This document shows, piece after piece, positions 32,528-46,713 of a stretch of 64,000 bases of DNA. Source of the stretch: a virus. Its lineage: Duplodnaviria > Heunggongvirae > Uroviricota > Caudoviricetes. The stretch lies in the IMG/VR virus record IMGVR_UViG_3300031555_002904; one strand, given 5' to 3'. A program made the position numbers and the translations under genes. Below the pieces are notes generated by a model, which had not been told where the DNA came from, ran no database searches, and saw only the letters and a program-made list of their open reading frames with translations. Numbering within the stretch: position 1 is the first letter of the stretch; every line of letters starts with the position of its first letter.

Positions 32528-35170
32528 TTAAAAGAATAGTGTCTATGCAGCTTTCGTTGTAGTTAACTACATAGTTCCGTTATGTGCTAAAGGAATTGTA
32601 AGTTTACTTACAATGTATTCTCCATCAATTTTAGTTTTTTCATCAGATACTTTAATACGAGTGTTTGGTTGTAAATAATATACTGGAATTGTTGTAATAG
32701 TTGCACTTTCTGTACAATAACCATGATTGTAAAGAAGTTCATCTAAGCGCTCTTTTGCGGATTTACCTTGCGCACTAATACTAAACATTTTATCCATTTC
32801 AAATTCTGGAATTTGAATATATTTATAACCACTCATTTTTTCGTCATCAGTAATATCTGGTGCGAAAATAACTGGTGGAGTTTCCCTAAAATAAATGGAT
32901 TTTACGGTATTTTCATTAATAGCTTTCGTCCGTGCTCCAATAGCTCGTACGCTATATTGGCTTAGCTCTCCTGCGGTATCTAAAAAGTCAAACCAATAAT
33001 TTAAATTGCCAGGATTCTCAAAAACATTTTTATGCCAATGTAGACGAGATTTATCATAATATGCAATTATTACATAATCATCAAAACTATTAATAACAGA
33101 AAAATAACTATCATCTTCTTTAAAGTAAAGGATATCACTAACTTTAATAGCAATTGGTTCACCGGTTTTCTCATCTAAAAGTTCATCAATTAAATTTTTT
33201 GGAACTCTAAATCTATCTAAAATATCAATAGTAATCTAACTGTCAGATAAGGGGAATTGAGTAGTAAATAAATTTACATCTAATTCTATTAATTCTTGAG
33301 CTTGATAATAATTTAAAATATCTTCATTATAAGAATCTAAGCTTTCCTATTTTTGTTCGATAAGATATTCTTTTTGAGATTTTAATGCTTTTTTATCAGT
33401 GCGAGATTGTTGCTCTGATAAAATTGATAAAACAATACTATCAATTGAACTCTGAGTTGTAGCAGTATTTAATTGATTATTCAACTCAATAATTCTATTC
33501 TCAATATCTTTAATTTCTTTATCTAATTGAGTCACTTCATTCGTTAATGCCGCAACTTCTTCTGTATAATCCGCAATTTTATTTCGTAATTCAGGATTAT
33601 ATAGCTAACGCCAGCAAACTTGAATATCAGTATAATATTGTTCATAGCCTGTGCGGCCAGAGGGATAGAGCGTTGGATTAGCTTCGCGCACACGAATTTC
33701 AAAATCACTTAAAGTATTATATCTAAAATAATCTTTTGCCATTTGGAACAATACTTCTCGCCAATCGGTTACATAAACATAATTCTTAGCTCTACTTATA
33801 TTTGGGTGAATAGAATAAGTAATTGAAGTAGGATTATTATTTAAATTAGTTCCATATTTTAAATTATATTCATCCACTTCATTCTTATCAAAATCAGTTA
33901 AAGAAATAGTTGTATAAGCAGTTGGTTTTTCATCAATGGCATATCTTAAATGAATGGGAATCTGCGCGCCGCTAATGCCTGTGCGCTCACCCCAAATTGA
34001 AAAATCATTTCTTAAATTCAAAAGATTAGGATTATTATTAAAACCAGTGATTAATTCGCTGCCACTAAAAGTATATGCGGCTGCATCACTCCATAACAAA
34101 CCTTCTGTGATTCCCTCTTCTCCATCACCACTTGGAGACCATAGAGTCTGAGTATAAGATTGTTTCTTCTGGAATATAAAACGTCCATCAACATCATAAA
34201 AATATTCAAATTCAACAAGCATATTTTTAATTTTATCAAGAACTGAAGTAATTGATTCACCTACGTTTGCAATCAAGTCTCCAGCATATGTTAATTCAGT
34301 TGTTCGATAACCTGCGGTATCTCCGTATTGAAGCTTAGTTAATTTATAACCAACTTTATCATCATCATAATATACAATAGGGTCACTTGTATGAATACCA
34401 TCAATTAATTGTTCAAAATGTGTATCGGGAATATCTTTTAAATATACTCGTCTATCTACATTTCCGACATCATTTTTATTAGCATATAAATACATATCAC
34501 TATCTAAAAAAGCAATATTTGTATATGTATTACTTTCAGCTTTACGATACATAACTAAAGGCATATTTTCATATCGATATTCTAAAAGCTCTAAGCCTAA
34601 AGTATCCAAATCTTTAATAATAATATTATGATAAGGCTCTCCGCCATATGCATGAACCATATTACGGATAATTTCAGGAATAGGAATTTGTCTAATAGTC
34701 CAAGTTCCTTCATTATCTTCTTCTTCAATTGTACCAAAATCTGTTTGTACTCCAATAGTACCACTTACTTCTCCATTCAAAAGACACATCTTATCTTTTC
34801 CTTGAATAGTAATAGTAAAGTTATTGGTAGTTCTAGATGTATTAAAAGATGTTATGATATAAATTCCCTGGTTAAACCAAATAATCTTGGGAAAATTATC
34901 ATTTATATCATTTTGTAAACCAACTTCTAACTTAAATTTTGTATTCATTCCCCATAAATAATCTGAATAATCAAAATTCTCTGCTACAATTGATAAAGAA
35001 CAAGAACGACGAACCGCAGAAGCTCCATCTAAGTTGATGGAGCCCTGGGTTACACGACCTTCAATGCTTTCAATGGGGGACTCCTCTACTGTTAATGCAG
35101 TAACTTTTGCATAGACAATTTTATTTTTTGTTTTGTCTAATTCTTTCAAAAATTCTTTATCATAAAGCAT
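32528..35170 (-). CDS. Putative baseplate hub (Tal-like) protein (~880 aa, table 15)
   Basis: Track ORFs 33605..35185, 33347..33535 and 32567..32836 join through five TAGs; TAA at 32528. VTQGSINLDGASAVRRSCSLS at the N-terminus and IPVYYLQPNTRIKV...GEYIVSKLTIPL at the C-terminus fit hub-type proteins. The start could be 35185. Confidence 0.7.
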
Positions 35171-38123
35171 AATAAGTCTCACCATCCATTTGCAACTTAT
35201 TTAGAATATATTCTAACTGATTTAAATACTAATGATAACTTTGTTCCATATTCATACGAGCGCGTTCGACATCAGCACTAAATCTACTATATCCAGCTTT
35301 TAACATACTCTTATATTGACGTTGCTGATTTTGCCAAGTATTATATCTATCAACCAATTCACTATATTGAATATTATCTTCAGCTTCATAATGAATTGTA
35401 TTTAAATTATAACAAATTTCACATACAACTCCTGAGCCAATATATAAACTTTCTACTTTATCCAAATCAAAATAAAGTTCATATCGTCCAGTAGTAATAG
35501 GAGCATTACCTCCGCTACCGCCCTTTAAACTTAAATCCACAAACTCTTCTTGAGCAGGGTCAATACCATTATTGGGTTTTGCATTTAATTTAATGAGATA
35601 ACTTGGCTCTGGTAATAAGATATTATTTGAAGGACGTCCACTATATTGATTCGTAGGTTCCCAAGTGCCATCACTTTCTTCGAAAACTTTATAAATATAA
35701 GTATCATCCCATTGACGAACCTCATAATCACATTTTGAAGTTTCATAATATTTATTTTCTTTTTTATAAACGAAAGTAATCTCTCTGGGTTCAGCTTTTA
35801 AGTAATAAAATTTACCAAGAGTACAACGAGGAATTTCATCTTCGCCATAAACCTTTTGTAAATCTGTAGCCAAGTCTCTATATCCAATGCCATTTAAAAT
35901 AGTTGGAACATAATTAATTTTAAAACTATCTATACGGTAAGAAGTTTGCGGATGACCGATAATTTGGTCTACTACTGTTTCTCTTGTAACACTTGCAATC
36001 AAAGAGAAAGCAATATCTGATGTATCATAATATCCATAAAGAATTTTACTACCAACATCTGGCGCACCTTCTTGATAAGTTACTGAAACAATTGGGTTAT
36101 TTTTTAATGCTTCTCTGTCAAACAAATATTGTCCAGTAGAGTTACCAACATCAATAACTTGTGATGTACCATTTACATAAGTAATTCTCAATGCCAAATA
36201 ACTCCATTGGTCTATTACTGCAAAGTAATAAGCACCACCCTCAATAATAATTTGTCTATTATGAATGTCAGCAAAAGTATTATTGCAATCAAGCATTTTA
36301 AATTTCAATTCCTAATAACTAGTATCGAGAGCATGAATAAATTTATATTTTTCCAAATTTTCATAATTACATTCCGCAATTTCATATGCAGTACATTGGA
36401 AAGTATGTAATAATCGTCCAAGCTAATCATTTGGAGTTAATGATGTATTCATTAAACGAACAATAAAATTACCTTCACTTGGAGAACGGAATAGCTTTGG
36501 TTGTCCATTTGTTAACCAATCCAACACTTCCATTTTAAATTCACGCTCTTTGCGGAAGTTGCTAGCGGTTAATGCTGTGGGAGAACCACTTAACTCTTTT
36601 TCTTGGGTCTTACGAACTTCATACTCCGTCATACCAGTTCGGCTGACCCACCAATCCGCATTATCATTACCATATGGCGGATGTGTACTGTACTGACGAG
36701 CTTTTGGATTCTCTTTGGAATACTCCATAAATAAAGCATTTTCATCGCTAATCATTGTAATTAAACCAGAAATTGGGAATTCTTTATATTCAACATTTCC
36801 GTTACGGAAAATAAAAGGATATTTACCTCCAATAGTATCCATTTTAGTTTCAAGCACAGTTGATTTAAAAGAACTAATTTTTGGATTATATCTAATTCTC
36901 AATTGGCGTTTTCCATCATAAAGAAAAGCATCTTCAAAATCTACTGGCAATCCGCTTTGAGTTGGAGACCCATCAATTTCTTGTAAATAATTCCAATTTA
37001 AGTTAGTATTTTCAATAGGGTCTTTTGCTTCTGCGTTCCAATTCTAACGGTTAATGTCATCATTGCGCTCATCAAATTCACTAGCATAATATTTACATTC
37101 TAATCGATTAGAATAAACACCTTTAGAATTATAGGCTTGTACAGCATATTTATATGAATATCCTTGTTGCACCGTAAAATCTTTCCACAGTGTCATTAAA
37201 GGATAGTTATTAATCAAAGTGAAACGATAAATTTCATTCCAGCTACCAAATCCATCTTCACTGGATGCTCTAACTAAAATAAAATTACCAGTAATTGCTT
37301 TAATATTTGCATCAATATCTTTTGGCATAATATGAACATGAATATAAGCATCATCACTATATAATGTTGCAATAAATTCTGTGTTTCTAGAAACTAAATC
37401 TAAAGTTTCAACTGCCATTATTCCATAAGCTGGAGTTTCCATCACTAAACCATTAATAGTAGTGATTTTATAACATATAGAATATTGACGCTCATTAATT
37501 AAAGTTTTATAAGATGTCCAAGTGTCAAAAGATTTTCCTCGTTCAACATCTGTGCTACTATTATGAATCATAACTCCGCTTGTGTCATGCAAAATACCAG
37601 TTTCACAATCATAAATATTAAATTCATATGAGTATACTTTTTCAGTAACATCAGTAGTTGAAAATGTACCTGTATAAACATATTGAGCAGCATTTGTTCC
37701 ACTTGCTAAATCGGCAATACCTATAACAGGAATTGCAGTAAATTTTACAATAGTCACATCTGAAAAATATCCAATAGTATCATCAGAATCTATGAAAGCG
37801 ATTTGAGCTTTATAAAACTATCCTGCAACAGGATTAAAAGTAGTTTTAGGAATTTCAAATTCTGCGGCAGGTGTTCCAGTAGGTTCATAATGAGTTAAAA
37901 CGTTTCCTTTATAACAATCTAATAAAACTTTTCCTGTTGATACCGTTTTCAAAATCAAAGCGATATTATTTTTTGATTTTAAATCTACCCAACTTACTGC
38001 CTTATTTAATTGAAATGGAATAGTAAGTGTTACAGTTGTTTCTGATGTACTTTCATCGGGAACCAACTGCGCAGGAACTGCGGCATCCACATAAGGAGGG
38101 TATAACTTAGTAGTTGACATCAT
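35160..38123 (-). CDS. Putative distal-tail (Dit)-like protein with FN3-like domains (987 aa, table 15)
   Basis: Four track ORFs join through TAGs at 37818, 37044, 36423, ~36312 and 35229. The TGA at 35160 overlaps the next gene. YKYAVQAYNSKGVYSNR is FN3-like. Dit call is from position and pattern. Confidence 0.65.
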
Positions 38124-38148
38124 TAATCTCCTTTCTCTCTGCAATAAG

Positions 38149-38178
38149 TTAGGCCAGGTAAGAATTTACCTGGCCTAA
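38149..38178. terminator. Perfect hairpin between genes (terminator or RNA stabiliser)
   Basis: TTAGGCCAGGTAA / TTACCTGGCCTAA with only a weak U-tract. Confidence 0.55.
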
Positions 38179-38184
38179 TATTTA

Positions 38185-38553
38185 TTAGTCAATCATAAAC
38201 ATTAAAGCTTCCATTTGAGCAGTGGTTAGATTAATATCTTCGGGGAAAGAATCAATGCTTACCTTACGAATATCAACTTCCTGCTCAATATTAAACAGGT
38301 CCATCAACTCTGCGTTAGCAGCTTCAATCTTATCTTCTGGTACAATAAACTGATTGGATTCTTCATCCATAGTACCATAATTCTTAACAATCTCAATACG
38401 AGAATTATCAATATCTTGTGCTAAAGACATTAAAGTAGCTTTATTCTTCTGAATGAAAAAATTTACTTTAACGGGTAGATACTGAGTGCCATCCTGGAAG
38501 GCGTCACTCATAGCTTTAGCGATATTGTAAATTTCAAAGTTTGTCATAGTCAT
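38185..38553 (-). CDS. DUF1617-like phage protein, paralog A (122 aa)
   Basis: Intact, TAA stop, no TAG. LPVKVNFFIQKN...RIEIVKNYG...ANAELMDLFNIEQEV. The family call is from recall. Confidence 0.7.
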   Translation of the reverse strand: MTMTNFEIYNIAKAMSDAFQDGTQYLPVKVNFFIQKNKATLMSLAQDIDNSRIEIVKNYGTMDEESNQFIVPEDKIEAANAELMDLFNIEQEVDIRKVSIDSFPEDINLTTAQMEALMFMID

Positions 38554-38567
38554 AACCTTTTTCTCCT

Positions 38568-38936
38568 TTATTTATTTTCATCAATCATAATCCATAATAA
38601 TTTCATATGCTTTGGATTAAGATTGATATTATCAAACCATGAAAGAGGAATTAAAAAAAAATTAATTTCCTATTCCATTTTTAAAACTTCTTCTAATTCC
38701 TTATTAGCTTCATTTACTAATTCTGGAGGAATTTGAATAGTATCTTTTGATTCATCAATTAAACCATATTTACGAATAATACTATTTCTAGTATTTTCAA
38801 TATGATGTAATGATATTTCAATTAATGATAAATTTTTATAAATATAAAACAAAATTTTTGCTGGTAATAATTCATCAAATTCTTGAAAATTTTGTTTATA
38901 TAATTCATTAAAATTTAAAATTTCTAAATTTGTCAT
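38568..38936 (-). CDS. DUF1617-like phage protein, paralog B (122 aa, table 15)
   Basis: Reading through TAG 38670 gives exactly 369 nt, the same length as paralog A, and aligns KME[Q]EINF with NIEQEVDI. Confidence 0.8.
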
Positions 38937-38945
38937 AAATCCTCC

Positions 38946-41900
38946 TTATGCTGGTGTAAATACAACTGCAGACTCTTGACCTTCTTCTCCATATCCATTA
39001 TAAATCATTTTTACATAACCAATTCTATAACCTACATCTTCAGTAGTATTTCCACTAGCAGAGCATGAGCCATAATAAGTAGCTCCATCAATTTCGATTG
39101 AGCAACTACCGCTAACACTTACTGGTATTTTTTTTGTCCATAAAGACATATAGCGCACTGAATCATAAGTTTTCTTTTCCATTGCTTTTCCATTATGACT
39201 TAATCCATTAGAACTAAAATTCCAATCTCCTGCAGTAATGCCTCCAGTAGTGAAGTCCATACCTGCAATTGTGCCAGAAGTAATATCAACATCATAAATA
39301 TTAGCACTGCCGATAGACATCCAACTTAAAACACCACCATTAGCATTCAAACGATTAAACGTAGCAGTACCACTTGCATCAATACTCCAACCATAAATAC
39401 TACCGCCCTTTAAACTACCATCCCAACCAATTTGGAAATTATAATCTCCAATTTCTCCTAGCTAAATTGGATATGTATCATGTAATGAATTAATTAATAA
39501 TTCTTTACCCGCATTATTGGCATTGTATGCAGTAATACGACCATCATTTAAATCAATTTCCATGCCAGTGCCATAAGTTTTATTTGCGGTTCCACCTTCT
39601 TGAAAATCAGTTAAACCTTCATACCAAATCCACTAGTCTTCTCCGATACAGTACCAATCTCCCTGCTTTTCATATACAACCACTCTTTTTCCACTTGAAG
39701 AATAACCGATAATAGAATAATCCATACCAGGACCGCTTCTAATATTCCAGCCGCCGTCCATCTTAGCTGTCCGCTAAGTGGTGACTTGAGTAGTAGTTTC
39801 TAACCAATTTGCAGAATGTAAATAAAATTCATCTGGAGAAATTTTAATTAAATCTAAATCAATTATACCATCACTGTCTGGAGTAGTTAAATGAACTACA
39901 AATTGCGGAGTCTAACTATCTAATAATAAATAAGAACCTGCAGTGGGGTCTGTGCTAGATTCACCTCGAATAATAAAATCATAAGCATCAATATAGCCAC
40001 CCTACAAATCCAATCTAATACCAGAACCATAAGAACCAGTTTTAATAGAATAATCAGGTAGCCAATGTTCAACTTCAAGTACTTCAATAGCATACCACTC
40101 TACTCCATCAACTGCTCTAGTTGCCTAAATATTAACACCTGCAACATGAGAATCTTTGGTAAAACCAACTTTAATAGAATTATAATCAGAATCGCTATAA
40201 ATAATTTGGTTTAAATAAGTTATACCAGTACCAATACCTTCATCATTTACCTCAATCGATTCAAAAGATAATGCTGGTATCCATTGCTCAGTGTTAATTT
40301 TATACCACATTATTCCATCAATTTTTTTACTTTCATATAAAGTAATAGAAGTATGTTCTTCAGTCGTAACATTTTCACTTTTTTTATTAAAATTTGGTGC
40401 AGTATAAATAATATGTCCTTTTTCAGCTTTACCGACCTGTATATCAAAACTCATACTATAATCTTGATTATAACACTTTGTTATAGTAATATATTCTCGA
40501 ATTTTATAATTATCAGTTTGCAGGAAAAATTCATCCTTATTAATATTTACTATTGATTGATAATTACCTCTAATATCAAATAAAAAATTATTTCCATCAG
40601 TATCAATTTTCATACCTGGATAATAATATTGTTTACCATTATCATCAGTTAGCCTATCTCCAAGAGCATATCTTGAATATGTATGAGATTGAATATAAAA
40701 ATCCTATTGTCCAGCATAAATTAAATTACATCCATCATTATCTTTAATAATAAAAAATGGGTCAGCATTTTTACCAGAATCAATAAATACATTTTTTGAA
40801 GCAATGCTTAAATTTGCTGCATTAATGTGTCCATTTGTTAAATCAAGTAAAAAGCCTGAACCTTGACCGCTTGCAATACCATCCTCTTTACTAAAAGCAG
40901 TATAAGTAAAATCATTAGATTTTAAATAATAACCTTTAGAAAGGTTTCTTCCATAAGGTTCAAGCCAATTCGTTTTTTGTGTACCAGTACCAATAAAACC
41001 AGTTTTTTGAATATATTCAACTTCATAAGTCTTATCAATAAAAGTTTCAGCATTTTCTTCTGTCCAAGTATTTAAATATGCTAATTTCTTAGTACGATAA
41101 TCCTCAATATCTAAACAAATATTATCATAATCTTTTTGAGTAATGCTCTTTTTTATCTAAAAACGATTATAAGCATCACTTCTTAAAATTGAACATTCAG
41201 AATTTAATAATTCTTTAGCCTCATCTATATCTTCAATTTTAATAGTTGAACCAGTTTCATCAGTTAAATTAACTAAAAGAATTGTTCCATCTTTATCTCG
41301 CTGGAACTTTTCAATTGAATATTGTAAATATGGATAATCTTCAAAGTCAAATCCAGTGCCATCACCAATATTTAAAATACGTTTACCCTATTCGCTAATA
41401 ATATAGAAATAAGGAGATTTAACATCTAAACGAATATGACTTTGATTTGTAACCTCAACTTCAGTTAAAGTAACATCACTAGCTTCTTCTGAATCTCCAA
41501 GAACTTTATGACCTTGAGCCTCAAACTCTTGTAAAGCTTTAGAAAGAGTACCATATCTACTCTTATAATTAAATTTTCTACCTTCAGCATCAGTTTTTAA
41601 TTCACCATCATAAGTTTCTGCTAAAATATATTCATCTAATTCATTTAAAATAGCATTATATTGTTCTATGGTTAATTCATAATCTTTGTCATTAATAGAG
41701 AAACCTCTTCCAATACTAGCAGTTTTTAATGTAGTCATTGCATAGTATTTTTTCTCTTGCTCTTTAGCATAAAGCTCATCAAATAACTTTTGATATTCTT
41801 CTTGAGTTATCTCTCCGTTATCTTTAGCTTTTTTGGCAATGGCTCGACCCTCAATATACATATTTGCTTGATGAGCAGCATCATACTTAATCTTTTCAAG

Positions 41901-44900
41901 CAATGCTTCTTGAACATCCAAATCCATTATATCTCTATCAATAATATATTTTGTAGTTGCTACTAATGCTTGAGTATTTTCATCAACTTTATATACTTTT
42001 GCGGCAAGGATTTCCTTATAATGATTGACAACCTCATTTGCCCAATCATCATTATCATACTCTAGGCCGCCTCGCATTTCAAGCCAACCATCATCAAAGT
42101 CAAGTTTCATACCATAAGGTTTATCTTCATTTGCTGTATAAGAAGCGCTTTGAATAATACCTTCATTACCATTAAATAAAATTCTACCTCTACCAGATTT
42201 ACCAATAAAACCTGTACCATCGACATTAAAACCAAAACTTTGAGCGCCATCATTAAAACCATAAATACCTAAACCAGATTTATTACCAGCATTTACGATT
42301 CCGGCACTGCCTTCGATATCTCCCATGAGTACACCTTCAAAAGTATTATCACGAGTTTTTCGACCAGCACCTACTAATGATGATAATATTGTACCATTTT
42401 TTTTGTCAATTGTCAAGCTTCCATCCCAAGAGTTCAGCATTGGAGACGGATAGCGATTTTGTAAGATAAAAATAGGTTGAACCCAAATTAAAGAATATTT
42501 AGTATCATAAGTAGCAGTTTCAAGGTCTTTTAACCAACACTCAACTGCGCACCAACAATCCATATTGCCCATGTACATATTTGATGCATTTAAACCATTT
42601 TTCTCATTTAAAGTGGGCATATAACTACGACAAATATTATAATCAGCATGGATATTTTTATCTAGTTTTACAACCTTACCATCTTTATCTTTTTTATAAT
42701 AAACAATTCGCCACAGGATATCATATTTTGGCTTATCAGATTCCACACCTGCACGAATAATCTTCTTGTCTGCAAGGTTTTCATTTGTATTACAAGTAAA
42801 AATCTTATATGGGTCTTTATAATAAGAAGGATTACTTCCCATACTATCATAAACAATAGTTGTTGCACCTTCAATATAGTAATTACCAGCACTGTATGGA
42901 ATTGGATAATAAGAAGTTAAAGTTGCATTTCTACTTGCTGTTTTATTAGCGTTTTCCTTATTTTCTTGTTCATCCTCTTCTGTATTTACAGTGTATTCGA
43001 TAGGGCAATCAACAGTTGCTTTTAAAACACCATAAATTAAACTATTATTATCCTATGGCTAAGTTGTTAATTGAATATTCGCTCCAACGATATTATCATC
43101 GGCATCAGATAATGTAGCAAAATCATAGGAGTGTGGTCCTTCCCAACCTAACTTAAAGTTAGATGCTCCATCTTTTACTGTCGATAATAAATTTGTAGTC
43201 ATAGGAATAGTATTATTTTTATAATCATATAAAACAATATTTAATGGCAAATATCCAGAAGCATAAGTTGCAATTTGAGTTGTAGAAGGAGTAATTGCCA
43301 ATGTATAATCAGTACCACTGGTTCCAAGAGACGTAAATGCCAAAACAATACTTGTCTCAAATGTATATTCATCCTTTACTACCTTACAGAAAATTTCATT
43401 GCGGCTTGAGGTAGATAAATAATAATCTTTAATCTTATAAGTGAATGTTAAATCACTTGCTTTTGCAGTAACTTTTTCTCCAGATTCAACCTCTTCTGTT
43501 TCTGGGTCATCTGTAATTTGCACTGTTTCTACACCAATTGTTTTATAATAACAAGTATAACCATTTCTACTATAATCAGGTTTTTCTCCGTCTGAAATAT
43601 TTAAATCAGAATAAAAACCTAAAGTTTCAGTTAAATGCTTATCATCGCAAGTTAACATAGTAGCAGTATTTGGAATATACCAATATACTTGTGTATTAGC
43701 TAAAGCTTCATCTCCTGCAAGAATACCTTCATAATGCACAGATAATTCTCGCACCTTACTTGCGTCGGCCGCATTTACCAAGAAATTACTTAAACCATAA
43801 CTCTGGTAAGTATCTTGTGAATTCGTGCCGTGAGTAATAACAATAGCATCATTCTTATCTGCTGTGGTTGGGTCAACTACATCATCTAAATTAGTAAATT
43901 CTACTTCATTACTTTCATACATTTCGTGATTATAGAATAAAACAATTTTATATTTTTCATTTACTCTCTGTCCATCCATCATGCGAATTGCAGAGACATT
44001 GGTTCCTTGAACCTTATCAGAAAAATAGTATTGTCCATCTCTTAAAACAAAATCATCATAAATTGGTAATCCAAAGTTATATACTAATTCATCAGACTCA
44101 TCAATACCGAAATCAGCTTTTGTCGTTAAACGTTTCCATTCAGTTGGATATAATCTATCATCACTTGTGTATCCAGGCTCATATCTATACCAATAGATTG
44201 CATAACGATTATCATAGTTAGATAAATCTTTTTTATTATAATCTAAATATACGCGGCCATTATTATAAGGTCTCATGTCTACCATAATAGCATTATTGTC
44301 ATCAACAATTGCCCACATTTTATTTAAATTCTCATTAATTTGAACAATTATTTTATCAGCCTTAGTTTTATAAGTATCATAAATACCTTGATAACCACTA
44401 TAATTTGCATCAATTGTAGTTTGAGCATTTGTAAAAAAGTTAGTTATCATTGGAATTAAAGAAGACTTAAAACTATTTTGAATATTTAAATATAAATCAG
44501 ATTTATTCCAAGCTTGTAAATGCTCTCCCATTTTCTCTCTAAGGATAGCATCAGTTTCTTGCTCTGCAGGAAGTTTCTTTAAATTTTCCTAATGTAAATA
44601 ATTATATTCTAGAAGTTCTGTATAAACACCATACATTTCTTCTCTCATTGCATCAGTAAAATCATACCAAGCAAGAATGTTATTTCTTTCCGTACCGTGG
44701 ATTTGTCCTGCGGCATCCTTGGTAGGAGTTAATAGTAATGCATTTAAAGCCGTAGTGATATCTGCGATAGAGTTCGTGCGGTCGCGCATTTGACGGAGCA
44801 CCGCAGTTAAATCTTTGGTAACTAAATCAAAAGTTTTAGTCATTAAAGGCTTAACTTCAGCCAAATCTGCAGATAATTTTAAACTCTTAGCATCAGAAGG

Positions 44901-46589
44901 AACGCCTTCTTTGCCGGCTTGTGCGGTTAAACGAGCATCTGTTTCGCTTTCTTCCATATATTTAAACTCATCATATGGAGCGACTTTTTGTATCATTACA
45001 TCTTGCTATTTCTTCTAAAGAACATAGGTTTTTTGAACTCTATAATTTCTTAATTCAGCACGCTTATTGTTATATAAATCATTAACTTTTGCTATTTCTT
45101 TATTATATCTCTAATTTGCTTCATCGCCTTCGCCAAAAGCACCAGCTTCGAATTGTAATCTTAAACCCTCCAATTCTGCACTACGCTGGCTCTCAATAGC
45201 TTGCTCAAGCTCTTCATTAGAATAATTAGTATTAAGATAAGTCCGTTTAACTCGCTCATAATTATCAATATCTGATTTACGAGCTATGAACTCATTAAAA
45301 CCAATTTCTTCATTGTCATATTGAATTTGTAATTGGAGTTTTAAATTACTAACCTCATTTGCTAAAATGATTAAAGCATCGTCAATAGTGATTTTTAAAT
45401 CATCAAAAGAAATTTCATATCCATCATCATCTAATACAGAGACTAGGATAACATTATCCTTATCATCCTTAGCAAATTCTAAAATAGCTCGTTTCTTTTC
45501 ATCAAGAACATCTTGAGTTACTTTATTCTAATTTTTATCAAGCTTATTGGTATAAACAACATTTCCATCCTTATATTCAAAATCAACAATGCCATCGCTG
45601 TATCCCAAATATTGATTGTTTTCATCTTTGTTATACCACAAAAATCCTAATCCTTTTTCATTATCTGCTTTAGTAACAATTAATCTATAAGTAGAAGAAT
45701 TGGTTGTAAAAGCTTGAATTGTATTATCTTGAACAATAGTCAAATCGCTACCAAATCCAATTTTAATATCTCTCAATAAAATATTTTCTCTTGGAATTTT
45801 TTTATAATCAATATTAACTGTTTGTCTTTGATTTGAATCATAATAAGAAAAATCTCCTCGTTGATAAAACCATAAACTTAATTTTTCAACGGCACCAAGC
45901 TGACTTAAATCATATTTTCTACTCTGGGGAGAATATAGTGTAAAAGCATATGGATTACCAAACATTTCAGAACTATCCATATACACAGAGCGAACAATAT
46001 ATTTTTCACTACTTGGATTTAATTTTACATATACATCTAGGCGCAATCCAAAAGAGCCTGAACGCATATCATAGTTATCTAATAAAGTTTTAAAATTAGC
46101 AGATAAACTAATAGTATTATAAATGCCACTGGCTTGTAAATCTTTATAAGATTGGTCTAAAGCCAAATCCGCACTCCAAATCGGAATTTCTGATACTGTA
46201 CCATTTGAAATTAAACCATATTGAGCATTAGCTTTGGCTTCACTAATCATATTTCCAGTAACATCAATAACCGTATCTAGAGGAGAAACATAAGTAATGG
46301 GAGTAATAGCATCATCTACTACATATTTACCTACGATAAATTTCTTTTGAGTATAATCTCCATTTAAAATAGAAACTCTGACACTCTCACCTTTTTTATA
46401 TTCTTCTGACTCACTAAATGCTTCATATCTAGTTTCACCATTGTTTGGAGAAACCCAATAGTGACCATTTTTAGCATCTCTATCATCAGTAATAATACAA
46501 ACATCGGTTTTATCATAATTCATATTTTGCAAGCGCTAATCTAAAATAATATCTAGTGCTTGAAATAGATTATCAACTTCAATTGCCAT
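38946..46589 (-). CDS. Giant tail-tip / central fibre protein with C-proximal SH3b-like domains (2547 aa, table 15)
   Basis: ATG at 46587-46589 after GAAAGGAG. Six track ORFs lie in one frame. I translated the gaps and found only TAG (17 counted), never TAA or TGA, until the TAA at 38946. GVLMGD...GIYGFNDGAQSFGF tail-tip-type region; SH3b motif WNIRSGPGMDYSII...WYCIGED[Q]WI. Confidence 0.8.
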
Positions 46590-46622
46590 AAATACTCAAA
46601 CTCTCCTTTCTCTCCTTAATCT

Positions 46623-46651
46623 ATTATACTATAAAATTTGTGAAAAGTCAA
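46623..46651 (-). promoter_or_regulatory. Sigma-A/sigma-70 consensus promoter for the tail-tip gene
   Basis: TTGACT (46651-46646), 17 nt, TATAAT (46628-46623), lying 34 nt upstream of the ATG. Confidence 0.75.
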
Positions 46652-46672
46652 TTTTTTTAATTAGACCAAATA

Positions 46673-46712
46673 AAGAAAAGGGTAGGTTATATTTCTATAA
46701 CCTACCCAAAAA
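46673..46712. terminator. Terminator after the tape measure gene (possibly bidirectional)
   Basis: GGGTAGGTTAT / ATAACCTACCC stem flanked by A/T runs on both sides. Confidence 0.8.
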
Positions 46713-46713
46713 T

